Assembly: GCA_023267435.1 (NCBI GenBank)
Contig: JAHFNH010000001.1
Coordinates: 16,253 to 80,252 of the forward strand
Length of the DNA stretch: 64,000 nt
From: Candidatus Nomurabacteria bacterium
GTDB taxonomy: Bacteria > Patescibacteriota > Minisyncoccia > Phycocordibacterales > UBA9973
Reading direction: 5' to 3'
The position numbers were made by a program, and so were the translations under genes. The notes beneath the pieces were generated by a model that made no database searches, was not told the origin of the DNA, and was given only the letters and a program-made list of their open reading frames with translations. Positions 1 through 9,135 of this stretch are shown in pieces; within the stretch, counting starts at the first letter, position 1, and each line of letters starts with the position of its first letter.

Positions 1-424
1 ACTCAAGAATAAAACTTAAACCGGGTAAACGATTTATCGGAAACACTTCAATCCCTATTGGGATAATGCCACCATATATATCGTAATTTTTCTGTCCCGA
101 GTTATAAGACGTTGTTCCATATTCAACTGAAATACCAGAATACACTTTTATAGCTCCAGCACTTTTCCAGGCGTACATAAATTTCAACTCATCAATTTTA
201 CTGTAAACAAATAATTCTGAAGATTTCGGAAAAGGAATTTTAAAATTGTCTTCAATTTTCATTCTTCCCTTTTTACCAAAACAATATGTTAAACCAATTT
301 CCTCTTTAAGTGGAAAACAAACTACACCCAATCTCCTATTAATAGGACTATCAGTTGAGTCCTGGCTTTTTGCGGGTATGACAGAAATTACTGCCAAAAT
401 GATTGTGAAAAAAATATTTTTCAT
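1..424 (-). CDS. secreted hypothetical protein, partial (5' end at 424, runs off window at position 1)
   Basis: Minus-strand ATG at 424..422 gives MKNIFFTIILAVISVIPAKSQ..., a classic signal peptide. The reading frame stays open to the window edge and conflicts with the weaker plus-strand ORF 246..452. Confidence 0.4.
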   Translation of the reverse strand, partial: MKNIFFTIILAVISVIPAKSQDSTDSPINRRLGVVCFPLKEEIGLTYCFGKKGRMKIEDNFKIPFPKSSELFVYSKIDELKFMYAWKSAGAIKVYSGISVEYGTTSYNSGQKNYDIYGGIIPIGIEVFPINRLPGLSFILE

Positions 425-540
425 ATTTTCTACGGTTTATAGCCTGTCTTAGCAAGCATGGTTTATATTCAATTTTCAATGTATATTTACAGTAAAAGTA
501 TACACTATTAAAGCTAAAAAGTCAATAGTAGTAAAAGTAC

Positions 541-570
541 AAAAAACCTCTATTAAATAGAGGTTTTTTG
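541..570 (-). terminator. rho-independent terminator downstream of the giant Gly-rich gene
   Basis: Stem CCTCTA/TAGAGG with A-run and T-run on either side (AAAAAACCTCTATTAAATAGAGGTTTTTT). Confidence 0.6.
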
Positions 571-584
571 ATTTTAAATATTAA

Positions 585-3500
585 TTATTGCCAAGAAATC
601 ACAACTCCACCATTACTTCCTTTTCCACCAGCGCCGCCATAAGTATTAGCTGTATCTTTTCTTTTTCCGCTTCCGCCTCCGCCACCACCGCCTCCGCCGC
701 CGCCACAAGTACCTCCGCCGCCATTACTACCATTATTTTTATCAGCACCACCATTACCACCATCTCCGCCCTTACCATTACAAGCTACAATACCTGGACC
801 CCAGGCATAAGCTGTAGAAAATGTACTTCCAGTACCACCTCCTGGTGTACCTCCACCACCTCCTGGATTAGGACTTATTCCACTTCCTCCTGCACCACCG
901 CCGCCAATATCAGATCCTCCATTTCCTCCACTGCCCCAACCATTACCCCAAGAAGGAATTGTGCCTGGACTTTGGTTTATTTGATAACTTAAAAAGTTAT
1001 CATGTGAAGCATTGCCACCACTTTTACCAGTGTCTGTAGCACCCGGAGCAGAAATTAATACAGTTGAACCAAGAGAAACAGAACTATTACCTCCAGGTGC
1101 ACCATCACCACCACCATGACTATCATTATTACCCGCACTTCCACCACCGCCTCCTGATCCAATTGCGACATTCAATATAGTTCCAAATTGAAGATTATTG
1201 GTACCACCAACATTGAAATCCTGTATTTGATATTTACCAAAACTACCACCGCCTCCGCCAGCACCTCCGTAATTAAAAGTATCAGAAAATCCACCACCGC
1301 CTCCGCCAGCACCTCCGCCCCAAGTTTCAACAGTTAATTTTTTAACACCTAATGGAATTTTAAAAACACCACTTGTAGAAAAAGAACTGGAACCAGGCGT
1401 AATATGAAATAGATTTAAATAAGAACGATAATAAACAATAACCTTTCCGTTACTTCCATTTCCACCGTGACCACCAATACCCTTAAATACTTCTGTATTC
1501 CCAACCCAACTAATATGTGATTCACCAGAATCAAGACCACCACCGCCTCCGCCAGCACCTCCGCCACCGCAAGTACCATCACTTCCATTAAAACCATTAA
1601 CCTCATGAGTACCACCATTTCCGCCTTTACCACCACCCTTACCACTACAATATAATAAAATGCCAGGTCCATATGTATAATTACCAACTGAAAAAATACC
1701 TCCAGTACCACCTATACCACCCACAGACTCGGAATGACCCTGGCCTCCATTTCCAGAAACATTAATGAATGAACCGCCACCGCCACCAGCACCTCCTCCA
1801 GCGCCATAATTAAAATTTACACCATAAACACTATCTGAACCAGTTCCACCAGGTCCAACACCACAAGAGGTACCGCCAGAAGTACTTCCATTATACAAAA
1901 AATCTTCCCCGCCAGTGCCACCACAGGCATGACTAGCACTAACTAATTTTAGATTGCCAAATTTAATAAAACTTTCAACACCATTGTTTGCTCGATAAGC
2001 TAAACTATCTCCATCAGTTCCAACATGTCCAGAACCACCGCCACCAACTTGAACACTTAAAGTTGCACCTGGTGTTACATTGACTCCAGTTTGATATTTA
2101 TAATCTCCAGCTGCACCGCCACCGCCGCCGGAACCACTATGCGCATGATGGCTATCAGAGCCACCTTGGCTACCACCGCCGCCGCCGCCGGAACCACTCC
2201 ACATTTCTACATCAATTTTATTTACATCAGTTGGTACTGGAAAAACACTAGAACAAGATCCATCGGTAATATTACAATCATAAGTAAAAGAATTTCGTTG
2301 AGCAGGAGTGGTGTAAAAAGTTGCAACATTTCCAGCAAAATCTACTCCGGTATAAGCAAGAGAGTATGCAGCACCACTGACGAGTGGAGCTGGTGCTGGA
2401 GAAGCACAACCATTCACAGTATCAGTCACATCAATCTGATGACCACCAAATTTTTTAGCATTACCTACCAGATTACAAGTACGAGTTGATATTGGATCAG
2501 TTTCGCCGTCAGTTCTTGTTGTGATTACAACGGTACCACTAGCAATAGCTTCACTAAGAGTATATTTAACCAGACTAGGAGCCAACATTAAAGGCGCACT
2601 AGAAAATACTGGTGGAGTGATATCAACTGTCACAAGTCTAGGAACAGATAATGCTGATGAAACTCCTGAAGTACTAACTGCTTTCGCTGTAAAAATATGT
2701 AATCCTTCAGCTAAAACAACCGGTAGATTCCACTTATCAAGACTATCGGTAATACCAGAAACAAAAGGGGTAAGGCTTGTCACGATAGGCACAGTAATTG
2801 TTTTTGAATTTGTACCAGTATTATTTGAACAAGTTAGAGTGTAATCTCTAGTTTGATCGGTTGAAATAGAAGTAAGCAAACCTGGAACAATAATATTACT
2901 ATGATCATCAGCACTTGGACCAACAACAGGGACTGGACCATTCCAATCATTTGTTTGAGGTGATGAAGAAGCAGTACACTGAACAGCTCCTGTCGTATCC
3001 CAATCAAGTTCAGAAGGACAGCTTCTATAAATGGGACCGAGATCAAAAAAAGAAAAATTTATAGTAGGTGGTTCTGTGGGTTCATTAAAGGATTTATTAG
3101 TTGGTGAAGTAGAACCACCTTTTTGAGCAACAGTAGAATATTTTGGACTTACAGCACTTAAACCAAAAGAACCAACAGATTGCAGAGTATAAGAATAAGT
3201 GGAACCAGCTTTTAACCCAACAACATTAATAGATGTTCCTGTAACTCCTGAATAAGATTTAAATAAACTACCTGTACTATCGTACACATTAATTTTATAA
3301 CCTGTAGCTTTAGAAACAGGAGTCCAATTTAATGTAACAGATCCAACATAAGATCTAGATGCACTAAGCGTAGTTACATGTTTTTGAGTTAAAGATCTAA
3401 AACTATTAATTGAATTAGGATCAGCACAAGGAGTATATCCGTCAAATATGGTAGCTGCACTTCCAGCACCCACCCCCCCAGTACCAAAGAGATTTATATG

Positions 3501-3671
3501 TGTTTTGTTTGTAAAATTATTTACAGGTGGAATGGTATTAATAAAATATTTCGTTGTCGGCGCCGCTATAAACCCTGTAATAGTGGAAGGATTTGCTGCA
3601 GCAAAAGTAGAATTAATAATAGTTAAAAAGACAAAACTAACAATAAACGCAAACGAAAATATTTTTTTCAT
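585..3671 (-). CDS. giant secreted surface protein: signal peptide + fibronectin-III-like + Ig-like modules + C-terminal glycine-rich repeats (Gly_rich/PF12810-like)
   Basis: Likely start is MKKIFSFAFIVSFVFLTIINSTFAAA (signal peptide) at 3671; the upstream MAEDFLLYRG extension would run into the rpsR terminator hairpin. Fn3-like SVTLNWTPVSKATGYKINVYDSTG. At least three repeats of the form V(E)xWsGsGGGGGG...Y.YQtGvNVtpGatLsVqVGGGGsG. Confidence 0.7.
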   Translation of the reverse strand: MKKIFSFAFIVSFVFLTIINSTFAAANPSTITGFIAAPTTKYFINTIPPVNNFTNKTHINLFGTGGVGAGSAATIFDGYTPCADPNSINSFRSLTQKHVTTLSASRSYVGSVTLNWTPVSKATGYKINVYDSTGSLFKSYSGVTGTSINVVGLKAGSTYSYTLQSVGSFGLSAVSPKYSTVAQKGGSTSPTNKSFNEPTEPPTINFSFFDLGPIYRSCPSELDWDTTGAVQCTASSSPQTNDWNGPVPVVGPSADDHSNIIVPGLLTSISTDQTRDYTLTCSNNTGTNSKTITVPIVTSLTPFVSGITDSLDKWNLPVVLAEGLHIFTAKAVSTSGVSSALSVPRLVTVDITPPVFSSAPLMLAPSLVKYTLSEAIASGTVVITTRTDGETDPISTRTCNLVGNAKKFGGHQIDVTDTVNGCASPAPAPLVSGAAYSLAYTGVDFAGNVATFYTTPAQRNSFTYDCNITDGSCSSVFPVPTDVNKIDVEMWSGSGGGGGGSQGGSDSHHAHSGSGGGGGAAGDYKYQTGVNVTPGATLSVQVGGGGSGHVGTDGDSLAYRANNGVESFIKFGNLKLVSASHACGGTGGEDFLYNGSTSGGTSCGVGPGGTGSDSVYGVNFNYGAGGGAGGGGGSFINVSGNGGQGHSESVGGIGGTGGIFSVGNYTYGPGILLYCSGKGGGKGGNGGTHEVNGFNGSDGTCGGGGAGGGGGGLDSGESHISWVGNTEVFKGIGGHGGNGSNGKVIVYYRSYLNLFHITPGSSSFSTSGVFKIPLGVKKLTVETWGGGAGGGGGGFSDTFNYGGAGGGGGSFGKYQIQDFNVGGTNNLQFGTILNVAIGSGGGGGSAGNNDSHGGGDGAPGGNSSVSLGSTVLISAPGATDTGKSGGNASHDNFLSYQINQSPGTIPSWGNGWGSGGNGGSDIGGGGAGGSGISPNPGGGGGTPGGGTGSTFSTAYAWGPGIVACNGKGGDGGNGGADKNNGSNGGGGTCGGGGGGGGGGGSGKRKDTANTYGGAGGKGSNGGVVISWQ

Positions 3672-3695
3672 AATATAAATTATACCACGATATAA

Positions 3696-3730
3696 CAAAA
3701 AATCCTCTGCCAATGGCGGAGGATTTTTAT
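3696..3730 (-). terminator. terminator of the rpsF-ssb-rpsR operon
   Basis: Stem TCCTCTGCC/GGCGGAGGA with T-run on the minus strand, 14 nt downstream of the rpsR stop. Confidence 0.55.
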
Positions 3731-3743
3731 TGTTAAAAACTTA

Positions 3744-3944
3744 TTATTTAGCTACAAAAGGAAGCAATCCCATGAAACGAGCACGTTTAACGGCCATTGT
3801 CAGAGCGCGTTGATTCTTGGAAGTAACACCTGTGCGCTTGTGGCTCATTATTTTGCCGTTGGGATTTAGAAATTTCTTTAAGATTTCAATATCTTTATAG
3901 TCTATGTATTTTATATTGTTTGATGAAAAGTAATCTTGTTTCAT
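3744..3944 (-). CDS. rpsR: 30S ribosomal protein S18
   Basis: Motif [28 protein letters not shown]; sits in a conserved rpsF-ssb-rpsR arrangement. Confidence 0.85.
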   Translation of the reverse strand: MKQDYFSSNNIKYIDYKDIEILKKFLNPNGKIMSHKRTGVTSKNQRALTMAVKRARFMGLLPFVAK

Positions 3945-4011
3945 ATGTGATTTAGCTTATACCAAGTATGATTTTGTTAAATCAAATCATTTCTTGGGCA
4001 ATTATTGGTAA

Positions 4012-4464
4012 TTAAAATGGAATGTCTTCAGGGTTTATATCTTCTTCTGGATATTCAATAGTATCGATCTCTTCTGGTCCAGGTCCGGCTGGGGCTTTAG
4101 AAGCTTCAGCGTTATTTGATCCTCCACTTGGAGCACCACCTCTTGGTCCAAATTGTGTTCTGTCAGCGACGATTTCAGTACGATATTTTTTTGTACCATC
4201 CTTATCATCCCAACTTCTTGTCTGCATTCTTCCTTCAACCAGCATGGAACTTCCCTTTTTCATATACTGCGCGACTGTCTCTGCTTGGCGTCCGAAGACT
4301 ACGACATTGTGATAATCAGCTGATTCTTGTTTAGCACCATTCTTGTCTTTCCAAACACGATTGGTAGCAAGTGAAAATGAACAAACTTTGATACCTGAAG
4401 GAAGCGATCTTAATTCTGGATCGCGAGTAAGATTTCCTATTACAATTGCTTTGTTTAAATACAT
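4012..4464 (-). CDS. ssb: single-stranded DNA-binding protein
   Basis: OB-fold N-terminus (LNKAIVIGNLTRDPELR), Gly/Pro-rich linker and acidic C-terminal tail ending DIPF. Confidence 0.85.
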   Translation of the reverse strand: MYLNKAIVIGNLTRDPELRSLPSGIKVCSFSLATNRVWKDKNGAKQESADYHNVVVFGRQAETVAQYMKKGSSMLVEGRMQTRSWDDKDGTKKYRTEIVADRTQFGPRGGAPSGGSNNAEASKAPAGPGPEEIDTIEYPEEDINPEDIPF

Positions 4465-4477
4465 AATATTTTTTAAA

Positions 4478-4987
4478 TTAAACTGTAACTAAAGCGTCGA
4501 TTTCTTTATCTATCTCTTCTTTGTTAATTGGCTGTTCAGTTTCATTTTCTCCTTCCTTCTTGGCTGAAAATGTCTTGCGTCGAGTTATGTCTCCACGAAC
4601 AAATCTCTTTGCAGCAACGGTATTTTCTTTTACTGTTTTCAAGATCAAAGATCGAACAATGTTTGTATCAAGCTCAATTTTTTTCTTAAGATCTAATACT
4701 TTTTCAGGATCCATTGAAAACTTAATCCAGCCGAAATATCCAGTATCAAATTTATGTCTGATGTTCTGAACAACTTTCACCATAGTATAAGCAAGAGGAA
4801 TCATTCTAGGCATTTCGTCTGAGACGATTTCACCGCCTAAAGAATTAACAAGCTCTTTTAAATTGCTATAAATAGCAGATATGTTTTCTTCAGGAATAGT
4901 AGACATCAAAATATAGCCAACTTCGTATATTCTGGCATCTGTTCCCTCATTTTCAGCTTTATTTTCCATTTCTTTCATGACCTCCAT
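4478..4987 (-). CDS. rpsF: 30S ribosomal protein S6 with N- and C-terminal extensions
   Basis: ARIYEVGYIL... matches the S6 N-terminal pattern (RHYEIVFMV); lies in the operon with ssb and rpsR. Confidence 0.65.
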   Translation of the reverse strand: MEVMKEMENKAENEGTDARIYEVGYILMSTIPEENISAIYSNLKELVNSLGGEIVSDEMPRMIPLAYTMVKVVQNIRHKFDTGYFGWIKFSMDPEKVLDLKKKIELDTNIVRSLILKTVKENTVAAKRFVRGDITRRKTFSAKKEGENETEQPINKEEIDKEIDALVTV

Positions 4988-5024
4988 ACTATCAAAAACA
5001 ATTTAAAAAGTAAACCCCACCAGA

Positions 5025-5807
5025 CTAAAGTCCGAAAATTCGCTTAGTATTTGCCATAATAACCTCTTCAACTTTTTCGACTGGTAAGTTTTTTATTTCA
5101 GCTATTTTTTTATAAACTTCTTCCACCATCCAAGGCTCGCAAGTCTTGCCTCGGTATGGCACAGGCGCAGCAAAAGGCGCATCCGTCTCGCACATGATCG
5201 ATTCCAAAGGTATAAATTTAATAACCTCATCGTAATCAGTTGTGAAAGTTATCGGCCCATCGAATGACATTGTAAAACCAAGATCTAGTGCGCGCCTCGC
5301 TATATTTATGTCACCGACGAAGAAATGAAAATTGCCAGACAATACTCCTTTGTAATTTTCTAAAATAGTTAGAGAATCTTCATAGGCATCTTGAGTTCCC
5401 TTCGAAGGACGCGCATGAATCATCAGTGGTTTTTTAGAATACAAGGCAAGTTCTATGTGACGCATAAAAAGTTCTTTTTGTTTTTGTTTAATCTCTTCCC
5501 TACTATCACGAAAATAATCGAGCCCACATTCTCCAATACACACAACTTCTTTATTTTCAGATAATTTTTTATATTTTTCTATATCAAAAATTTCTTTGTC
5601 ATTATCCGTCGGATGAAGACCCACTCCTGCCCAAATAAAATCACGTTGATTAGCAATCTCTATCGCCTTTAGGGATGTTTCATAATCAACTCCGATGACA
5701 ATAGTACCCACGCCTTTTTCCATCATTTTATAAATGATTTTTTCCTTATCTTCTTCGAGCGTCAACAATCCCAAATGCGAGTGTATGTCTATGTATTTTA
5801 AGTTCAT
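5025..5807 (-). CDS. tatD: TatD-family metal-dependent DNase/hydrolase
   Basis: IDIHSHLG N-terminal motif, HPTD, ETDAPF; length about 260 aa. Confidence 0.8.
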   Translation of the reverse strand: MNLKYIDIHSHLGLLTLEEDKEKIIYKMMEKGVGTIVIGVDYETSLKAIEIANQRDFIWAGVGLHPTDNDKEIFDIEKYKKLSENKEVVCIGECGLDYFRDSREEIKQKQKELFMRHIELALYSKKPLMIHARPSKGTQDAYEDSLTILENYKGVLSGNFHFFVGDINIARRALDLGFTMSFDGPITFTTDYDEVIKFIPLESIMCETDAPFAAPVPYRGKTCEPWMVEEVYKKIAEIKNLPVEKVEEVIMANTKRIFGL

Positions 5808-5808
5808 A

Positions 5809-6114
5809 TTATTTAGATTTTATTATTTTTTTCTTCACAGAATCAACGAACAACCTAAAAGCAGGACGGTTCTCTTTATCGTAAATAATTTTAACCCCAA
5901 GAATATGCCCTTTTGAGCAGGATAAATCTTTTTTTGAAACAGATACCTTTGGTTTAAAAATCCGGTCAAAATACATTCTTCTTAAATTCCCTGGTCCATC
6001 TTTTTGATAATCACAAATATGTTCATTGCATTTTGCACAACAAACACTAAGCATTCGAGAATACCCTCCTCTTGTTTTTTTAAATTTATCATTTTTAAAA
6101 ATATTTTTTGACAT
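5809..6114 (-). CDS. hypothetical small basic Cys-rich (zinc-ribbon-like) protein
   Basis: CCAKCNEHICDY...CSKGH cysteine cluster. Reads directly into tatD (coding ends adjacent at 5807/5809). Confidence 0.4.
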   Translation of the reverse strand: MSKNIFKNDKFKKTRGGYSRMLSVCCAKCNEHICDYQKDGPGNLRRMYFDRIFKPKVSVSKKDLSCSKGHILGVKIIYDKENRPAFRLFVDSVKKKIIKSK

Positions 6115-6116
6115 TT

Positions 6117-6476
6117 TTATTGTGTTTTTAATTCACTTAATATCTTAAGCAACACTCCATCCATATTAGTATTTATCTCTGCGTTTGTAAAACGCAAAAC
6201 TTTTATATCTAAGCCTTCGAAGTATTCACTTCTTATTTTATCGTACTCCATATTCTCTTTTTCAAAATGCTGTGAACCGTCAATTTCAATCACTATCTTT
6301 TTTAAAGGACAATAAAAGTCTGTAATATATCCACCAATACTATGTTGTCGACGAAATTTTACACCAAGTTGGGAATTTTTTAATTTATTCCATAATAAAA
6401 TTTCTTGCGGAGTAGCATTATTTATTAATTCTTTTCGTCGATAAAATAACTTTTTTATATTATGTATAGTATCCAT
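6117..6476 (-). CDS. DUF559 endonuclease-domain protein (Vsr-like fold), copy 1
   Basis: TPQEILLWNKLK...GVKFRRQHSIGGYITDFYCP...IVIEIDGSQH...VLRF, the DUF559 signature. Confidence 0.8.
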   Translation of the reverse strand: MDTIHNIKKLFYRRKELINNATPQEILLWNKLKNSQLGVKFRRQHSIGGYITDFYCPLKKIVIEIDGSQHFEKENMEYDKIRSEYFEGLDIKVLRFTNAEINTNMDGVLLKILSELKTQ

Positions 6477-6488
6477 TGCATTTTTGCA

Positions 6489-6512
6489 CCCCCTCCTTAA
6501 TAAAGGAGGGGG
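6489..6512. repeat. GC-rich palindrome CCCCCTCCTT-AATAA-AAGGAGGGGG (DUF559-associated hairpin family)
   Basis: Perfect 10-bp inverted repeat immediately 5' of DUF559 copy 1. Confidence 0.6.
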
Positions 6513-6565
6513 CTGGGGATGGTAATTCTGAATTTAATAAAATCACCACCCCGCCCTTTGGGCAC

Positions 6566-6586
6566 CCCTCCTCCACAAGGAGGGGA
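6566..6586. repeat. GC-rich palindrome CCCCTCC-n7-GGAGGGG (same family)
   Basis: 7-bp perfect stem; second hairpin in the same intergenic region. Confidence 0.55.
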
Positions 6587-6591
6587 AAATT

Positions 6592-8040
6592 CTAATCCTT
6601 CCTCAGGAATAAAGGAGTTTCTGGCATTTTGTTTGCAAAGATTGATTCTTGAATTTTTTTCGCAGTTTCAGGCAAGAATGATTCGAGTAATTTTGAAACA
6701 TGTAAAAGTTCTAAGACTAATTCTTTTATCATCTCTATTCCTTTTTCTTTGTCTTCTTTGATAACTTTAAACGGCTGTTCTTTTTGAATCTTCTCATCCA
6801 TACCTGAAACAAAAACCCAAATATGATCCATTGCTAATTTTAAATTAAAGTCTGCGATAGCATCTTCAAAAACTTTACTTGGTTTTATTTTAAAATCTTC
6901 AAAAATAACTGGACTAGTTAGATTTGTCTCTGCTAATTTCATAATGCGGGAAGTTAAATTTCCAATACCATTCGCCAGTCCAGCATTATATGTTTCCTTG
7001 AAACGCTCCATGGTAAATGGACTATCTTCAAAAGAAGAGACTTCACGCAATAAGAAATAACGGAGTGCGTCTGTGCCATATTCGTCGACAACATCTTTGG
7101 GATTAACAACATTACCTAAACTTTTAGACATTTTTAATCCACCTTCGGCTGTTACAAAACCATTGATAATTATTTGGTGAGAATTAGGCAATTCTGCCGC
7201 CATCAGCATCGCTTGCCACATCGCAGACTGGAAACGCAAATTGTCTTTACCACAATATTGCGTCGGTGTTCCATTAACCCAATATTTTTCAAAATTTTCT
7301 TTATTCTCCGGCCAGCCTAGAGTAGAAATATAATTTACCAAAGCATCAAACCAAACATACATAACATGATCAGGGTCGTTGGGTACTTCTATTCCCCAAG
7401 ACATTTTTGCTTTCAAGCGTGAAATAGAAAAATCTTGCAATCCCCTTTCGACGAAAGCTTTTATTTCATTGAAACGAAAATCTGGAACGACAAAATTCGG
7501 ATGAGATATATAAAATTCCATCAACTTATCGGCAAAGGCGCTGTATTTGAAAAAGTAATTTTCTTCGTGAATTATTTCAAGAGGTTTTCCTGGATGCAAT
7601 GGACACTCGCCATTTACTAGCTCAGAATCGCTTTTTGTCTCTTCACAACCGACGCAATATTTCGATTCATAATCTTTTTTATAAATAAATCCATTATCAT
7701 AAACACGTTTCCAAAATTCCTGTGCAGCTTTTATGTGATGCTCGTCTGTTGTCCTGACAAAATGAATATCTTCATCCATTCCAAAAATTCTTACTGATTC
7801 TTTAAAATGCAAAAAACTTTCATCTACGAATTCTTTAGTGGTCTTCCCTAGAGATTTAGCTTTTTCGTAGATTTTCATACCATGTTCGTCTGTACCAGTA
7901 TTAAAAAACACATCGAAACCTTCGAGTTTTTTAAAACGAGCGACAACATCAGCACGCACGAATTCAAGCGCATGGCCCATATGAAGATCGGCATTTACGT
8001 AAGGTAGAGTCGTTGTTATGTAAAAACTATTTTGCTTCAT
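6592..8040 (-). CDS. metG: methionyl-tRNA synthetase (short form, no C-terminal tRNA-binding domain)
   Basis: HIGH-type motif HMGH (TTTLPYVNADLHMGHA), KMSKS (KMSKSLGN), MetRS zinc-knuckle region. Start moved to the internal MKQNSFYITT to avoid overlap with the upstream gene. Confidence 0.85.
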   Translation of the reverse strand: MKQNSFYITTTLPYVNADLHMGHALEFVRADVVARFKKLEGFDVFFNTGTDEHGMKIYEKAKSLGKTTKEFVDESFLHFKESVRIFGMDEDIHFVRTTDEHHIKAAQEFWKRVYDNGFIYKKDYESKYCVGCEETKSDSELVNGECPLHPGKPLEIIHEENYFFKYSAFADKLMEFYISHPNFVVPDFRFNEIKAFVERGLQDFSISRLKAKMSWGIEVPNDPDHVMYVWFDALVNYISTLGWPENKENFEKYWVNGTPTQYCGKDNLRFQSAMWQAMLMAAELPNSHQIIINGFVTAEGGLKMSKSLGNVVNPKDVVDEYGTDALRYFLLREVSSFEDSPFTMERFKETYNAGLANGIGNLTSRIMKLAETNLTSPVIFEDFKIKPSKVFEDAIADFNLKLAMDHIWVFVSGMDEKIQKEQPFKVIKEDKEKGIEMIKELVLELLHVSKLLESFLPETAKKIQESIFANKMPETPLFLRKD

Positions 8041-9106
8041 TGCCTGTTCGAGCGAAGATTTTATCTTTCTCAATATCATTTACAAATTCCATTAAAGAAA
8101 CAGCCGTCGGAATAGCTAGAATTAATCCCCAGAAACCAGCCAACTCATAGCCAATCAATATTGCCAGAATAACAACCAAAGGAGAAAGTCCCACCACTTT
8201 TTTAACAATAAGAGGATAAAGCAAATAAATTTCAAACTGGTGAATTATAAGATATGCTCCCAAGACCATCAAAGAACTGGAAACTCCGCCGGAAAGATAA
8301 GCGAAGGAAATTGCCGGCACCATGGCAACGATCAAACCATAAGGAACAAGTTCCATAACTCCCGTCAGAATGGCTAAAAGCAGAGCATATTGAATTCCCA
8401 AGAGAGAAAGAACTAAATATGTCAGTACAGCAATCAGAACTCCTAGAAGCATCTGACCTTTAACCCATAATGCAATTTTATGATGTGCGCGATTCCATAA
8501 ATCTACAGCGTAATCTTCGTGCTTTTGCGGTATCACAATGCGCAAAAAACTCTCGATACCCTTTTCTTGAATAGAAAGATAAAAAGAAATAACAATAATC
8601 ATGCCGACATTGAAGAAACTTCCGAAAGCTGAAGAAAGTGTTTGAAAGAAACCGCCGGAAAGATTTGAAATGAAAGCTCTGGAAGTATCAAGTAGTGTCG
8701 AAAGAGAAAAATTATTGGAAAGATTTGCCACGATATCCCTGGCTCCAGAGAAAGCGTTATTTTGGAAATAATTCAAGAAACCAGAATCTGGAATGTAGGC
8801 AGAAAGGAAAGTTGAAAAATTATAAATTTCGGTAATGAGTAGTGGAGTGAATAAATAAAAGAGCGTAGCTAAAAATAATATTGAAAAGAAATAAATCAAC
8901 ACCACTCCAAAAACTCGCCCAATACCTATCCTCTTCATTTTACCAGCAGCTGATCCGGCAAATGACGCGATGACGATCGAAGTAAGAATGATCAGCACCA
9001 AATCACGCAAAAAGTAAATTAGAAAAAAACCTAAACCAACTAAAACTGCACGGATCATCGTGTCAGTCGATATTGAAATCGATGTTATTTTATTTTTTTC
9101 ATTCAT
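8027..9106 (-). CDS. AI-2E family transporter-like polytopic membrane protein
   Basis: About 8 predicted TM helices; pattern resembles UPF0118/PerM. Confidence 0.45.
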   Translation of the reverse strand: MNEKNKITSISISTDTMIRAVLVGLGFFLIYFLRDLVLIILTSIVIASFAGSAAGKMKRIGIGRVFGVVLIYFFSILFLATLFYLFTPLLITEIYNFSTFLSAYIPDSGFLNYFQNNAFSGARDIVANLSNNFSLSTLLDTSRAFISNLSGGFFQTLSSAFGSFFNVGMIIVISFYLSIQEKGIESFLRIVIPQKHEDYAVDLWNRAHHKIALWVKGQMLLGVLIAVLTYLVLSLLGIQYALLLAILTGVMELVPYGLIVAMVPAISFAYLSGGVSSSLMVLGAYLIIHQFEIYLLYPLIVKKVVGLSPLVVILAILIGYELAGFWGLILAIPTAVSLMEFVNDIEKDKIFARTGNEAK

Positions 9107-9135
9107 AACAATATAATAACACAGAAGAAAAAACT

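Noticed and set aside
246-452. Plus-strand ORF (68 aa) from the ORF track
   Set aside because: Overlaps a longer minus-strand ORF that begins at 424 with a textbook signal peptide. The plus-strand product is low-complexity with no motifs.
588-3678. Multiple plus-strand and short minus-strand ORFs inside the giant Gly-rich gene (588..992, 1415..1711, 2091..2489, 2521..2844, 3448..3678)
   Set aside because: Antisense or shadow frames of a GGN-repeat coding region. Their products are poly-Thr/Ser/Ala/Val low-complexity translations of the opposite strand.
5809-6114. Ribosomal protein L24e/L36-like zinc ribbon
   Set aside because: Cys spacing (CC-x2-C-x4-C ... C-x4-H) does not fit either family, so it is left as a hypothetical Zn-ribbon protein.
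6519-6761. Plus-strand ORF spanning the GC-rich palindromes and the metG 3' end
   Set aside because: Starts inside the hairpin repeat and runs antisense into metG. No motifs.
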